A stretch of 32,000 bases of DNA. It comes from Acholeplasma laidlawii PG-8A. Lineage in GTDB: Bacteria > Bacillota_I > Bacilli_A > Acholeplasmatales > Acholeplasmataceae. Location of the stretch: NCBI RefSeq assembly GCF_000018785.1, contig NC_010163.1, positions 1,440,001-1,472,000 of the forward strand, given 5' to 3'. This document shows positions 9,416-18,637 of the stretch, piece by piece (the first letter of the stretch is position 1; each line of letters starts with the position of its first letter). A program made the position numbers and the translations under genes. The notes beneath the pieces were generated by a model that was given only the letters and a program-made list of their open reading frames with translations, made no database searches and had not been told where the DNA came from.

Positions 9416-10903
9416 ATGTTTCCTGATGATTTAAATGAACAACAAAAAATAAGACTTCAAAAAGTTGAAGACTTAAGAAAATTAGGTGTTGATCCTTTCG
9501 GACACCGTTTTGACCGCACACATTTATCTAATGAGATTCATACTACATATGGTAGTTTAACCCGCGAGGAATTAGAAGCTAAAGAAGTACATGTTATTAT
9601 TGCAGGTCGTATTGTCTTAAGACGTACCCAAGGTAAAGCTGGTTTTATCCAACTACAAGATAAAGAAGGCCGTATTCAAGTATATGTACGCCTAGATGCA
9701 GTTGGTGAATTCCAATTCGAATTATTTAAACACTCCGATTTAGGTGATATCGTTGGTATTAAAGGTGTTTTATTTAGAACTAAAACAGATGAACTTACTG
9801 TTAAAGCAAGTGAATTTGTTCACTTAACTAAAGCCATTACACCACTTCCTGATAAATTCCATGGTCTACAAGACAAGGAAGAAGCAAGACGTCGCCGTTA
9901 TGTAGATTTAATTGTTAACGAAGATTCTATGCGTGTTGCAAGAACACGTCCAAGAATTATTCGTGCATTTCAACACTATTTTGATTCTAACGGTTTTATT
10001 GAAGTTGAAACACCAGTACTACATCCAATCTTAGGTGGTGCTGCTGCTAGACCGTTTGTTACACACCATAACACACTGGATATGGACTTCTACTTACGTA
10101 TTGCTACAGAGTTACCGCTAAAAAGATTAATTGTTGGTGGTATGGAACGTGTTTACGAAATTGGTCGTCTATTTAGAAACGAAGGCATTAGTGCTAAACA
10201 TAACCCAGAGTTTACAACTGTTGAAGCTTACCAAGCATTTGGTGATGTTACGGATATGATGAAACTTGTTGAAGACTGTTTATCTAGTGTAGCTTTTGAA
10301 GTAAATGGTTCATATGATGTCGTATTTAATGATCAAACCATTCATTTAAAAGACTTTAAACGTGCACATATGGTCGATTTAATTAAAGAACAAACAGGTG
10401 AAGACTTCTTTAATCAATATAGTCTAGAAGAAGCTAAACAAATTGCTAAAAAGCATAACGTACAAGTGGAACCTCACTTTACAGTAGGACACATCATTGA
10501 AGCATTCTTTAATGACTATGTTGAAAAAACAATCATCCAACCTACAATCGTATTTGGACATCCAGTAGAAATCTCACCACTGGCAAAATCAAATGATAAA
10601 GACCCTAGATTTACAGATCGTTTTGAATTATTTATCATGGGTTCTGAATATGCAAATGCATTTTCAGAGTTAAATGATCCAGTGGATCAAAAAAATAGAT
10701 TCTTAGACCAATTAAAACAAAAAGAAAAAGGCGATGACGAAGCATCCGAAATGGATATTGACTTTGTTGAGGCACTTGAATATGGTATGCCTCCAACCGG
10801 TGGTATTGGTATTGGTATTGATAGATTCATTATGCTCCTTACAAATACACCCAATATTCGTGATGTTATCTTATTTCCTCACGCTAGAATTAAAACTAAA
10901 TAA
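9416..10903 (+). CDS. lysS: Lysyl-tRNA synthetase, class II
   Basis: OB domain, VETPVL motif 2 region, FTTVEAYQAF, GIGIGIDRFIMLLTN motif 3. Confidence 0.96.
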   Translation: MFPDDLNEQQKIRLQKVEDLRKLGVDPFGHRFDRTHLSNEIHTTYGSLTREELEAKEVHVIIAGRIVLRRTQGKAGFIQLQDKEGRIQVYVRLDAVGEFQFELFKHSDLGDIVGIKGVLFRTKTDELTVKASEFVHLTKAITPLPDKFHGLQDKEEARRRRYVDLIVNEDSMRVARTRPRIIRAFQHYFDSNGFIEVETPVLHPILGGAAARPFVTHHNTLDMDFYLRIATELPLKRLIVGGMERVYEIGRLFRNEGISAKHNPEFTTVEAYQAFGDVTDMMKLVEDCLSSVAFEVNGSYDVVFNDQTIHLKDFKRAHMVDLIKEQTGEDFFNQYSLEEAKQIAKKHNVQVEPHFTVGHIIEAFFNDYVEKTIIQPTIVFGHPVEISPLAKSNDKDPRFTDRFELFIMGSEYANAFSELNDPVDQKNRFLDQLKQKEKGDDEASEMDIDFVEALEYGMPPTGGIGIGIDRFIMLLTNTPNIRDVILFPHARIKTK

Positions 10904-10910
10904 TATATCA

Positions 10911-10938
10911 AAAAACCTCCAATATTTTGGAGGTTTTT
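10911..10938. terminator. Bidirectional intrinsic terminator between lysS and the convergent hypothetical gene
   Basis: AAAAACCTCC-AATATTTT-GGAGGTTTTT. Confidence 0.88.
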
Positions 10939-10957
10939 ATTTGCATGACGTATTAAA

Positions 10958-11272
10958 TTAAGATATTTGTCCAATAGTTTCCGCGAGCATATAAATAAAC
11001 ATGACTGTATAAGAAAGCGATACTATGGATAAGGTAAATGTTATACCACTTCTTTTACTTCTTCTAATAATAAATACTATGAGAGAAATTAAAAACATGA
11101 TAATCGGTATTCTAAAGTCATAAGTAAAAATAAAGCGAGACATAAAATTCATATGTATAGGATCATTATTCTCAATAGGCTTATTCATAAATATAAATAA
11201 TACCCCAATCATCGATAAAAAAAGTACTAATATGTTTAATGCTGTATATATCTTACCTAGTGTTTTCTTCAT
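10958..11272 (-). CDS. Hypothetical small membrane protein (three predicted TM segments)
   Basis: Start reassigned to MKKTLGKIYTALNIL at 11272, preceded by a GGGGG-containing RBS-like stretch; hydrophobic segments. Confidence 0.6.
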   Translation of the reverse strand: MKKTLGKIYTALNILVLFLSMIGVLFIFMNKPIENNDPIHMNFMSRFIFTYDFRIPIIMFLISLIVFIIRRSKRSGITFTLSIVSLSYTVMFIYMLAETIGQIS

Positions 11273-11346
11273 TTTCAAACCCCCATTTAATAACTTATTA
11301 TATATATGATTTGTCAAATGACGGGTTTATTAATCTGTTACTCACA

Positions 11347-11862
11347 TTATATTTCGATATAACTTCTATAACCCCTTGATTGATAATAGCTATCTGCGCC
11401 ATTATGAAATATAAATGCGCGTCCATATCTTTTTTCAGCATTTAATGCACCACCTAAATCTCTTATAGATTTTGGTGTTGCAATCCATGATGAAGTCTTA
11501 AGATCGAAATCTTCTAGTGTTTGCATATATAGATACATGGCTTCTGTGACTAATTTTGAACCGAGATTATTAATATCTTTTTCAACACTTGATTCTGGTT
11601 TAAACTTCTTTCTGTCATGCCAAGCTTTCTCGTCATAACAAAAACTTCTTCTATTTGGAGACTCTTTAGAAAAATCTACATAATAAAGTTTTCCTTCGAA
11701 TGCTATAATATCAATTTCTCCACCACTATCTTCCATCTTTTGCAGGATGGTGAGTTTGTTTGGATCTTGATTTATTTTTTGAAAAACACTATCCCAAGTG
11801 ACACCCTCATGTCTATGTGGGTGTTTCTTAAATCTTAATTCTAATATATCTAATAACTTCAT
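11347..11862 (-). CDS. DUF4256-like conserved protein
   Basis: Start reassigned to MKLLDILELRFKKHPHRH at 11862 with AAGGAGG 8 nt upstream; GGEIDIIAF, DFSKESPNRRSFCYD, GGALNAEKRYGRAFIFHNGADSYY. Confidence 0.75.
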   Translation of the reverse strand: MKLLDILELRFKKHPHRHEGVTWDSVFQKINQDPNKLTILQKMEDSGGEIDIIAFEGKLYYVDFSKESPNRRSFCYDEKAWHDRKKFKPESSVEKDINNLGSKLVTEAMYLYMQTLEDFDLKTSSWIATPKSIRDLGGALNAEKRYGRAFIFHNGADSYYQSRGYRSYIEI

Positions 11863-11875
11863 ATAAGTTACCTCC

Positions 11876-12331
11876 TTAGAGTTTTTGAAGTACAACACCT
11901 ATGTTTGTATGTTTTCCATACATAATCTTATATTTTTTATTAATTTCAACATTTGTTACAATAATCATTTTTTCTTCATTGGTATCTAAATCTAAGAATA
12001 CTTGTCCAGTATATACGATTTCTTTATTATCTTTTGGTGAAATGCCTCGTCTATTATATTTTGTAAATAAAGCATTGATAACTGGTAGTTTATCTTTTTT
12101 AAGCGCACTTATATCTAGTGTTGCACCTACTGCAATATATACACCAAATAACGCGAGTAATCCAGTAACACCGATAATGATCCAATTAAATACCACCATC
12201 GACTGATCATTTGCATTAACATTCATATCAAATATGGTAAACCCACATACGACACATGCTGCTAAAAAGATAAAGAGTGCGTAACGTCTTCTTGAACTAA
12301 ATTTAATTTTTAATATATCTTTTACAATCAT
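11876..12331 (-). CDS. Hypothetical membrane protein, two TM helices plus C-terminal soluble domain
   Basis: Open frame, TAATG overlap with upstream gene; hydrophobic segments. Confidence 0.65.
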   Translation of the reverse strand: MIVKDILKIKFSSRRRYALFIFLAACVVCGFTIFDMNVNANDQSMVVFNWIIIGVTGLLALFGVYIAVGATLDISALKKDKLPVINALFTKYNRRGISPKDNKEIVYTGQVFLDLDTNEEKMIIVTNVEINKKYKIMYGKHTNIGVVLQKL

Positions 12332-13398
12332 TATTTATTCTCCTTGGATACTTTAACCCATTTATTCAAACTTTGAGATTGATAAATTGCTTCTATGAGT
12401 TGCATAGAGTGTAGTCCATCTTCAAAGTTTGCATAATCTGATGCAAAGTTTTTATTTTCTATTTCATGGTAAAACTGTCTAAAGCCTTCGGCAAACGATT
12501 CTACAAACGTCACTGCTTGGTGTAGGTTGCTATTTTTAAGTGTATCTATTTGCGTTATCTCAATACCTTTAAATTGCTCATTTAAGGTGGCATAGAGTAT
12601 GCTTGATGTCTTATCGCCATTTGACTTAAAAGAGCCATTTAACCCTGATAGTGTGTAACTAAGCAGGTTATCATTACCAATGAGTGATTGACTAATGATT
12701 GCAGATCCAATCGCGTTTTTGTCTGTCTTATATATGACGACACCAATATCTTCTGTATCTACAACGTTTCCACCTCTTTTTGGGTGTACTTGTTTAAATA
12801 ATGCAGATACTTCTGTAATTTTATGCCCGGATAAAAATTCTACTAAATCAAAATAGTGTGTACCAACATCAGCAATGACTCTTGTTAAACCACCATACTT
12901 TTGGTTGTCACGCCAGTTATACACATCAGGACTAGCTGCCCAACCTTGGGTGTATTCACCATGTATCGATATAATCGGTCCAATATCTTTTATATGTGTT
13001 TTAACAAATTGGTTGTTTGCATAAAACCTATTATGGAAGTGTATTTTAGCAACCAGACCTTTAGATTTTGCTAATTGATATAACTTAATTGCTTCATCAA
13101 CATTCATCGTCATTGGTTTTTCAAGTATGACATGAAGGTTATGATTTAAAGCGTAAGATGCTATTTCATAGTGTACATCATTGGATGTACAAATGTGTAC
13201 AGCATCTAACGTCTCTTTATCTATCATTTCTTTATAATCCGTATAATAAGACTTAATACCTAGTCTTTTACTCTTTTCTTCTGCTTGATGTCTAGAACTA
13301 ATGGAGACCACATCAACATTATCTAATTGTCTTAATGCTTCTATATGTACTAAAGAGATTCTTCCAATTCCGATGATACCTACTTTATATGTTTTCAT
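12331..13398 (-). CDS. Gfo/Idh/MocA-family oxidoreductase
   Basis: YKVGIIGIGRISLVHIEAL Rossmann motif, AVHICTSNDVHYEIASYALNHNLHVILEKPMT. Confidence 0.92.
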   Translation of the reverse strand: MKTYKVGIIGIGRISLVHIEALRQLDNVDVVSISSRHQAEEKSKRLGIKSYYTDYKEMIDKETLDAVHICTSNDVHYEIASYALNHNLHVILEKPMTMNVDEAIKLYQLAKSKGLVAKIHFHNRFYANNQFVKTHIKDIGPIISIHGEYTQGWAASPDVYNWRDNQKYGGLTRVIADVGTHYFDLVEFLSGHKITEVSALFKQVHPKRGGNVVDTEDIGVVIYKTDKNAIGSAIISQSLIGNDNLLSYTLSGLNGSFKSNGDKTSSILYATLNEQFKGIEITQIDTLKNSNLHQAVTFVESFAEGFRQFYHEIENKNFASDYANFEDGLHSMQLIEAIYQSQSLNKWVKVSKENK

Positions 13399-13406
13399 CT
13401 ATACAC

Positions 13407-14315
13407 CTATATGTCAAACTTTTCTAATTTATTTAAAATATTTTGAGCATCTTCTTTATACCAATCAGGATATTTTGGATCAATAATAGTTTGTCTAATC
13501 AAGTCGTTATATGCTACATTTTTTTGTCTAAGTAAGATGGTCAGTGCGTTTCTTAAAAGTAATGTTTTACCACGCCATGTATAGGCATGTTTTCCGTATT
13601 TCTCCATAAACTCTTTATTCGTCAAATCAAACAAATCTTGGATGATGACATAAGATGTTGGCTTTTCTCTAAATGCCTCTACTCTAGTAGAATTGACACC
13701 TTTATTATAAGGACATACGCGTTGACATATATCACATCCCATTAAAAGTGCGTTCTTACTGATTTCATAATCAGTTAGCGCGCGTTTTTCTTGGTTATAC
13801 CCACTAATACAGGTTGGCCAATCAAAACCGTTATCTAGTGCACCTACTGGGCATGCTTTAATACATATCGTACAATCCCCACAAGATAGTTTATTTTCTT
13901 CAATCACTTCCGGATATTTTTCTTTAGTAAGAACAAGCCCAATAAAGAAAAAACTACCTAAGTCTTTATGTATCATTAAATTGTTTTTACCATGAAAGGC
14001 TAAGCCTGTCATTTCTAAACACTTACGCTCGTTAATTGTATGATTATCTACTAACGCCTTATAATCAACATTTAGTTCTTTTAAGGCTTCGTGCATCATA
14101 GAACGCATAACATCATGATAATCATAACCATAAGTATACATCGATGCAGTTAGCTTATCATTCTCATGTTTTAGGTATGTATTTGGATAACCTAAGCCTA
14201 CAACAAAAATGGATTCATATCCTACGAGGTTATAATCAAATTTAATTGATTGGTATCTATCTGCATCAATAGTACCAACAAAATCAAATGCTTCTTTTAA
14301 TTTTTCATACACCAT
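13407..14315 (-). CDS. QueG-like 4Fe-4S double-cluster protein (epoxyqueuosine reductase-type)
   Basis: CGDCTICIKACPVGAL and GCDICQRVCPYNK clusters; GLAFHGKNNLMIHKDLGSFFFIG. Confidence 0.82.
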   Translation of the reverse strand: MVYEKLKEAFDFVGTIDADRYQSIKFDYNLVGYESIFVVGLGYPNTYLKHENDKLTASMYTYGYDYHDVMRSMMHEALKELNVDYKALVDNHTINERKCLEMTGLAFHGKNNLMIHKDLGSFFFIGLVLTKEKYPEVIEENKLSCGDCTICIKACPVGALDNGFDWPTCISGYNQEKRALTDYEISKNALLMGCDICQRVCPYNKGVNSTRVEAFREKPTSYVIIQDLFDLTNKEFMEKYGKHAYTWRGKTLLLRNALTILLRQKNVAYNDLIRQTIIDPKYPDWYKEDAQNILNKLEKFDI

Positions 14316-14400
14316 TTAAAATCACCTAAAAGTTTATATATATGATTATAACATTATATAAGGTACCAGGTTTCAATTTAAGTCCTTTTTAAGGTAAGAA

Positions 14401-14424
14401 AAAGGAATGATTTCTCATTCCTTT
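14401..14424 (-). terminator. Intrinsic terminator overlapping the stop codon of the 14415..14978 gene
   Basis: Minus strand AAAGGAATGAGAAATCATTCCTTT followed by TTCTT. Confidence 0.8.
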
Positions 14425-14978
14425 ATAATTCCTAATTCATCTGCAATTTCTAAGAAGATGCTGTCAATTGGATAATACTCAATATTGAGTCTCTTAAATA
14501 TTTGTAAACTCATATCATCTAGTTGCTTATAGAGTGTTTCATCTATTTTTTCTTTGTTTGTAAGTTTTGATATGATGAGTGTTTCAAAATTTAATAATTG
14601 TTCCATACTTTGTGCATCATAATTTTCTAAATCCAGAAGTTCATGTTGGAAATCAATTGTGTTTAACAATAAATTAACTTTTTTAGCATCAACATTCATT
14701 GCTAAGTAGTCATTGTTATATAAGTTAACCAATATTTTCTTGATTTCTTCCACTTGAGTATGAAGATAATGAAATCCAAATGAAAAGTTATCATGATCAT
14801 CTTCATTATATGTAGGATCATCAATTAACTTGTTATATAGATGATCTACTACATTTAACACATTCTCAAATCTAAATAGCAATAATGAATCTAATTGTTT
14901 TAGTTTTGAGAGTAGTTCTTCATGTTCAAGTAGCCATCCAGCATATTCATTGTAGATTAATTCATGTTCCATGTTCAT
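14415..14978 (-). CDS. Hypothetical alpha-helical protein
   Basis: Open 187 aa frame with dedicated terminator; no recognised motif. Confidence 0.65.
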   Translation of the reverse strand: MNMEHELIYNEYAGWLLEHEELLSKLKQLDSLLLFRFENVLNVVDHLYNKLIDDPTYNEDDHDNFSFGFHYLHTQVEEIKKILVNLYNNDYLAMNVDAKKVNLLLNTIDFQHELLDLENYDAQSMEQLLNFETLIISKLTNKEKIDETLYKQLDDMSLQIFKRLNIEYYPIDSIFLEIADELGIIKE

Positions 14979-15015
14979 ACCTCACTTAATAATTTATGAA
15001 GTTATAAGAATGAAA

Positions 15016-15879
15016 TTAAGCTTTATTTACTGAACCAAACATTGTTAATTTATCTTTAATAACTTGTTTCATTGCTACATAACCAGGATTTAATAATTTT
15101 CTTGGGTCAAATCCTTTAGATTCTAGGTCTTTACCTTCTTCAATGTATTTTCTAGTTGCAGCAGCAAATGCTAATTGTAACTCAGTGTTTACGTTGATTT
15201 TTGCAATACCTAATGAAATTGCTTTAGTAATTTGGTCTGCAGGAATACCTGTACCACCATGTAATACTAAAGGTACACCATTTGTAACTTCACTTACAGT
15301 TTTTAATACGCCAAAGTCTAAACCTTTCCAGTTTGCTGGGTATTTACCATGAATATTACCAATACCAGCAGCGAATAGATCTACACCAGTAGCTGCAATA
15401 ATACGGCATTCTTCTGGATCAGCTAATTCACCTGTACCAACAACACCGTCTTCTTCCCCACCAATTGAACCCACTTCAGCTTCTACAGATACACCAACAG
15501 CGTGTGCAACTGCTACAACTTCTTGCGTTTTCTTTAAGTTTTCTTCAAATGGATAGTGTGAACCATCAAACATTACTGAAGTAAAACCAGCGCGGATTGC
15601 TTTAAAAGCACCTTCATAAGTACCATGGTCTAGATGAACTGCAACTGGAACACTAATGTTCATTGCTTTGTCTAATGTAGATACCATAGCCATAACGTTT
15701 TCATAACCACCCATGTATTTAGCTGCACCTTCTGATACACCTAAAATCACTGGTGATTTTAATTCTTCAACAGTAGATAATACTGCTTTAATCCATTCAA
15801 GGTTGTTGATGTTGATTTGTGCAACAGCATAACCTTCAGCCTTAGCTTTTTGTAACATTTCTTTTGCGGAAACTAACAT
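15016..15879 (-). CDS. fba: Class II fructose-bisphosphate aldolase
   Basis: VAVHLDHGTYEGAFKAIRAGFTSVMFDGSH, GTGELADPEE, PLVLHGGTGIP. Confidence 0.95.
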   Translation of the reverse strand: MLVSAKEMLQKAKAEGYAVAQININNLEWIKAVLSTVEELKSPVILGVSEGAAKYMGGYENVMAMVSTLDKAMNISVPVAVHLDHGTYEGAFKAIRAGFTSVMFDGSHYPFEENLKKTQEVVAVAHAVGVSVEAEVGSIGGEEDGVVGTGELADPEECRIIAATGVDLFAAGIGNIHGKYPANWKGLDFGVLKTVSEVTNGVPLVLHGGTGIPADQITKAISLGIAKINVNTELQLAFAAATRKYIEEGKDLESKGFDPRKLLNPGYVAMKQVIKDKLTMFGSVNKA

Positions 15880-15913
15880 TTTTTGAATCCTCCTTATCGT
15901 TTTGCCAATAGAT

Positions 15914-15942
15914 ATTATATATCTAATTGTATTTTTTTACAA
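15914..15942 (-). promoter_or_regulatory. Predicted fba promoter
   Basis: Minus strand TTGTAA (15942-15937), 17 nt, TATAAT (15919-15914). Confidence 0.7.
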
Positions 15943-15955
15943 ACATTTAGGGTAA

Positions 15956-17566
15956 TTATTGCTTAATTTTGTTATTTTTAAGAGACATTTCTATAAATCT
16001 TCTAAATAACGGGTGTGGGCGTAGTGGTCTTGATAAAAACTCAGGGTGATATTGTACGCCTACAAACCAAACATGGTTTTTAAGTTCAATAATTTCCACT
16101 AAATTTCGCTCAGGATTTATACCACTAAATATAAAATTATTATCGTTAAATAACGCCTTATATTGATTGTTAAATTCATAACGATGTCTATGACGTTCCT
16201 TAATTAGAGCATGCCCATAAGACTTAGATGCAACAGTATTTGGTTCAATCTTACAATCATATAAACCTAATCTTAATGTACCACCTAAATCAGTGCCTGG
16301 TGCTTCTAGTGTATGGATAAGTGGCATAGATGTATTCGGATCAATTTCTGTGGTTTCAGCTTCTTTATAACCTAATACATTTCTAGCATATTCAATGGTT
16401 GCTAGTTGCATACCATAACATATACCAAAGAAGGGTATGTTATGTTCTCTAGCATACTGAATCGCTAATAGTTTACCTGAGGTTGCTCTTTTACCAAATC
16501 CACCAGGTACTAAAATACCATCACAAGACTCTAAGGTATCTTCATAGTTATCATTGGTTAGCTTTTCAGCATTTAACCATTTAATTTTAACTTCACAGCG
16601 GTGATAAAATCCTGCGTGTTTTAGTGATTCTGATACAGATAAATATGCATCTTGTAGTGTCACATACTTACCAACTAAACCAATCGTAATACGGTGTTGT
16701 GGGGTTTTAATACGTTCAATTAAATCTTCCCAAGAAGACATATCTGGTATAACTTCATTATCTATTTGGAAATGCTTTAAGATATAGTCATCAATTTTTT
16801 GTTTTCTAAAATTTAAAATAGATTCATATATAACGTTAACATCAAGAGATTCAAACACTGCTTCTTTATCAACATCACAAAATAACGCAATCTTTTCCTT
16901 TACATCACTACTAATATTTACTTCACTTCTTAATATAATAATATCTGGTTGAATACCAAGTGATCTTAACTCTTTAACAGAGTGTTGGGTTGGTTTTGTT
17001 TTGATCTCATTAGATGCTTTTAAAAAAGGTACTAGAGTATTATGTATATAAAGCGTGTTTTTATAGCCAAAATCACGTCTTGCTTGACGAATTGCTTCTA
17101 AGTATGGAAGAGATTCAATATCGCCTACTGTGCCGCCAGTTTCAGTGATAATAACGTCTGCACCGGATATTTGTGCTGCTTCTTTTAACTTTAATTTGAT
17201 TTCATCTGTAACATGAGGAATAACTTGTACAGTTGCACCTAAATAATCCCCTCTACGTTCTTTATTAATAACGTTTTGATATATCTTACCTGTTGTAATC
17301 GAGGATTCCTTTGTCAAATTAATATCAATAAAACGTTCATAATGCCCTAAATCTAAGTCTGTTTCTGCACCATCATCTGTAACAAAAACCTCTCCATGTT
17401 GAAAAGGACTCATGGTACCTGGATCCACATTAATATAAGGATCAAACTTTTGGGTAAACACCTTTAACCCTCTAGATTTTAAAATTTGACCGATTGCAGA
17501 TGCTGATATACCTTTACCTAAAGATGATACAACGCCGCCTGTAACAAATATAAATTTTGTAGCCAT
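15956..17566 (-). CDS. pyrG: CTP synthase
   Basis: Start reassigned to [23 protein letters not shown] at 17566; [15 protein letters not shown], glutaminase [20 protein letters not shown]. The tracked ORF extends the N-terminus by 33 residues through the leader terminator. Confidence 0.95.
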   Translation of the reverse strand: MATKFIFVTGGVVSSLGKGISASAIGQILKSRGLKVFTQKFDPYINVDPGTMSPFQHGEVFVTDDGAETDLDLGHYERFIDINLTKESSITTGKIYQNVINKERRGDYLGATVQVIPHVTDEIKLKLKEAAQISGADVIITETGGTVGDIESLPYLEAIRQARRDFGYKNTLYIHNTLVPFLKASNEIKTKPTQHSVKELRSLGIQPDIIILRSEVNISSDVKEKIALFCDVDKEAVFESLDVNVIYESILNFRKQKIDDYILKHFQIDNEVIPDMSSWEDLIERIKTPQHRITIGLVGKYVTLQDAYLSVSESLKHAGFYHRCEVKIKWLNAEKLTNDNYEDTLESCDGILVPGGFGKRATSGKLLAIQYAREHNIPFFGICYGMQLATIEYARNVLGYKEAETTEIDPNTSMPLIHTLEAPGTDLGGTLRLGLYDCKIEPNTVASKSYGHALIKERHRHRYEFNNQYKALFNDNNFIFSGINPERNLVEIIELKNHVWFVGVQYHPEFLSRPLRPHPLFRRFIEMSLKNNKIKQ

Positions 17567-17590
17567 AATAGATTCCTTACCTTTCTTAAA

Positions 17591-17649
17591 ATAAATAAAA
17601 AGTCTCCTAAAAAGGAGACTTCTTTGAATTGTCGAATTATGGTGTGCCC
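17591..17649 (-). promoter_or_regulatory. pyrG leader attenuator, predicted CTP-sensing reiterative-transcription type
   Basis: Predicted transcript start GGGC (17649-17646); terminator GTCTCCTTTTTAGGAGAC in 17601..17620 with T-tract; pyrimidine-rich 5' arm and loop TCTCCTTTTT. Confidence 0.75.
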
Positions 17650-17655
17650 TTATTA

Positions 17656-17684
17656 ATTGTATCAAAGACGCTTTAAAGTTTCAA
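17656..17684 (-). promoter_or_regulatory. pyrG promoter
   Basis: Minus strand TTGAAA (17684-17679), 17 nt spacer, TACAAT (17661-17656), then TAATAA-GGGC. Confidence 0.82.
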
Positions 17685-17725
17685 CACTTATATGAAATAA
17701 TTGTCTACTTAATTTTTTAATGCAC

Positions 17726-18535
17726 TTAAGGTTGCATCGCACCAAATAAAACTAACCAAGCAAGAATTGATTTAGCAACAAGTGATAAGACGATATAAAC
17801 TCTTTCACCATATAGATAATCTTTCCATTTACCCACCTTAAGGTATTGTAAAATCATATTAAACGGGAATGTATTAAATGCAACAAAGTAAGTACCTACA
17901 ATTGCCCAAACAAACCAAGGTACTTGATCAAGTGCTGGATTACCTGTCATGTAAACAATAATCACTATCCATGGTGCAATCCCTGCAATAGAACCCCAAA
18001 TAAATGGACCCCAGTTCACCTTAGATTTAGCTTCGTTAAGTTGTTCCATAACAAGCCCAAAGAGATTCATGGCGGCATTTACAATAAAGATTAAGATTAA
18101 AGACCCAATATCTGTAATACCAAATAATGTAGATATTAAAACAATCATAATAGAACTACTTAATGCATATTCAAACCATCTAAATCTATTGATACCTTTT
18201 TCTAAATCTTTAGCATAGATATCAAATAGGTTATTGGGTACAGAGATTAATGCATGTGCAAGTGCTGAAATGATTAAAAAACTTGCAACTAATATACCAA
18301 ATGGTAAGATAAACAAGTCTTTACTTGCAACAACAAGACCATTAATCGGTCCATCATAGGTGATATAAAGTTGTACAATTTGAGGTTGAAATTCTGCAAT
18401 TTTTTCTATGACAAAAATTGCTAGAAAAACCATTGCTATCCCTTGGATTAAATGAAGGAATCCCATAATAAAGTTGAATCGTCTAAGACGTTCTAACTTA
18501 TTTTGACCTTTTAAAAACTGAAAATAATTACCCAT
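17726..18535 (-). CDS. Heliorhodopsin
   Basis: 269 aa, seven hydrophobic segments; TM7 GERVYIVLSLVAKSILAWLVLF with Schiff-base Lys255; TM3 RWFEYALSSSIMI with Glu122; His28 (MGFLHLIQG) and His94 (SALAHAL) at expected positions. Confidence 0.93.
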   Translation of the reverse strand: MGNYFQFLKGQNKLERLRRFNFIMGFLHLIQGIAMVFLAIFVIEKIAEFQPQIVQLYITYDGPINGLVVASKDLFILPFGILVASFLIISALAHALISVPNNLFDIYAKDLEKGINRFRWFEYALSSSIMIVLISTLFGITDIGSLILIFIVNAAMNLFGLVMEQLNEAKSKVNWGPFIWGSIAGIAPWIVIIVYMTGNPALDQVPWFVWAIVGTYFVAFNTFPFNMILQYLKVGKWKDYLYGERVYIVLSLVAKSILAWLVLFGAMQP

Positions 18536-18606
18536 GTTTTTACCCCTTTTCTTTTATTATATATCTAATAATATATTTTATACTCAACATCAATAATAAA
18601 AAGAAA

Positions 18607-18637
18607 AAGATAGATATTATACATAACTATCTATCTT
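18607..18637 (-). terminator. Intrinsic terminator of the tocopherol-cyclase-like gene
   Basis: Minus strand AAGATAGATA-GTTATGTATAA-TATCTATCTT followed by TTTCTTTTT; overlaps the stop codon at 18627. Confidence 0.78.

Noticed and set aside
10734-10961. Plus-strand ORF overlapping the lysS 3' end
   Set aside because: Alternate frame within lysS motif 3 and the terminator; no protein-like features.
15956-17665. N-terminal extension of pyrG to 17665
   Set aside because: The 33 extra codons are translated from the leader terminator and the -10 element; the conserved CTP synthase start is [11 protein letters not shown] at 17566.
18541-18606. Heliorhodopsin promoter (TTGATG-N17-TATTAG or variants)
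   Set aside because: The region is so AT-rich that several -35/-10 pairs fit equally well; not reported as a feature.
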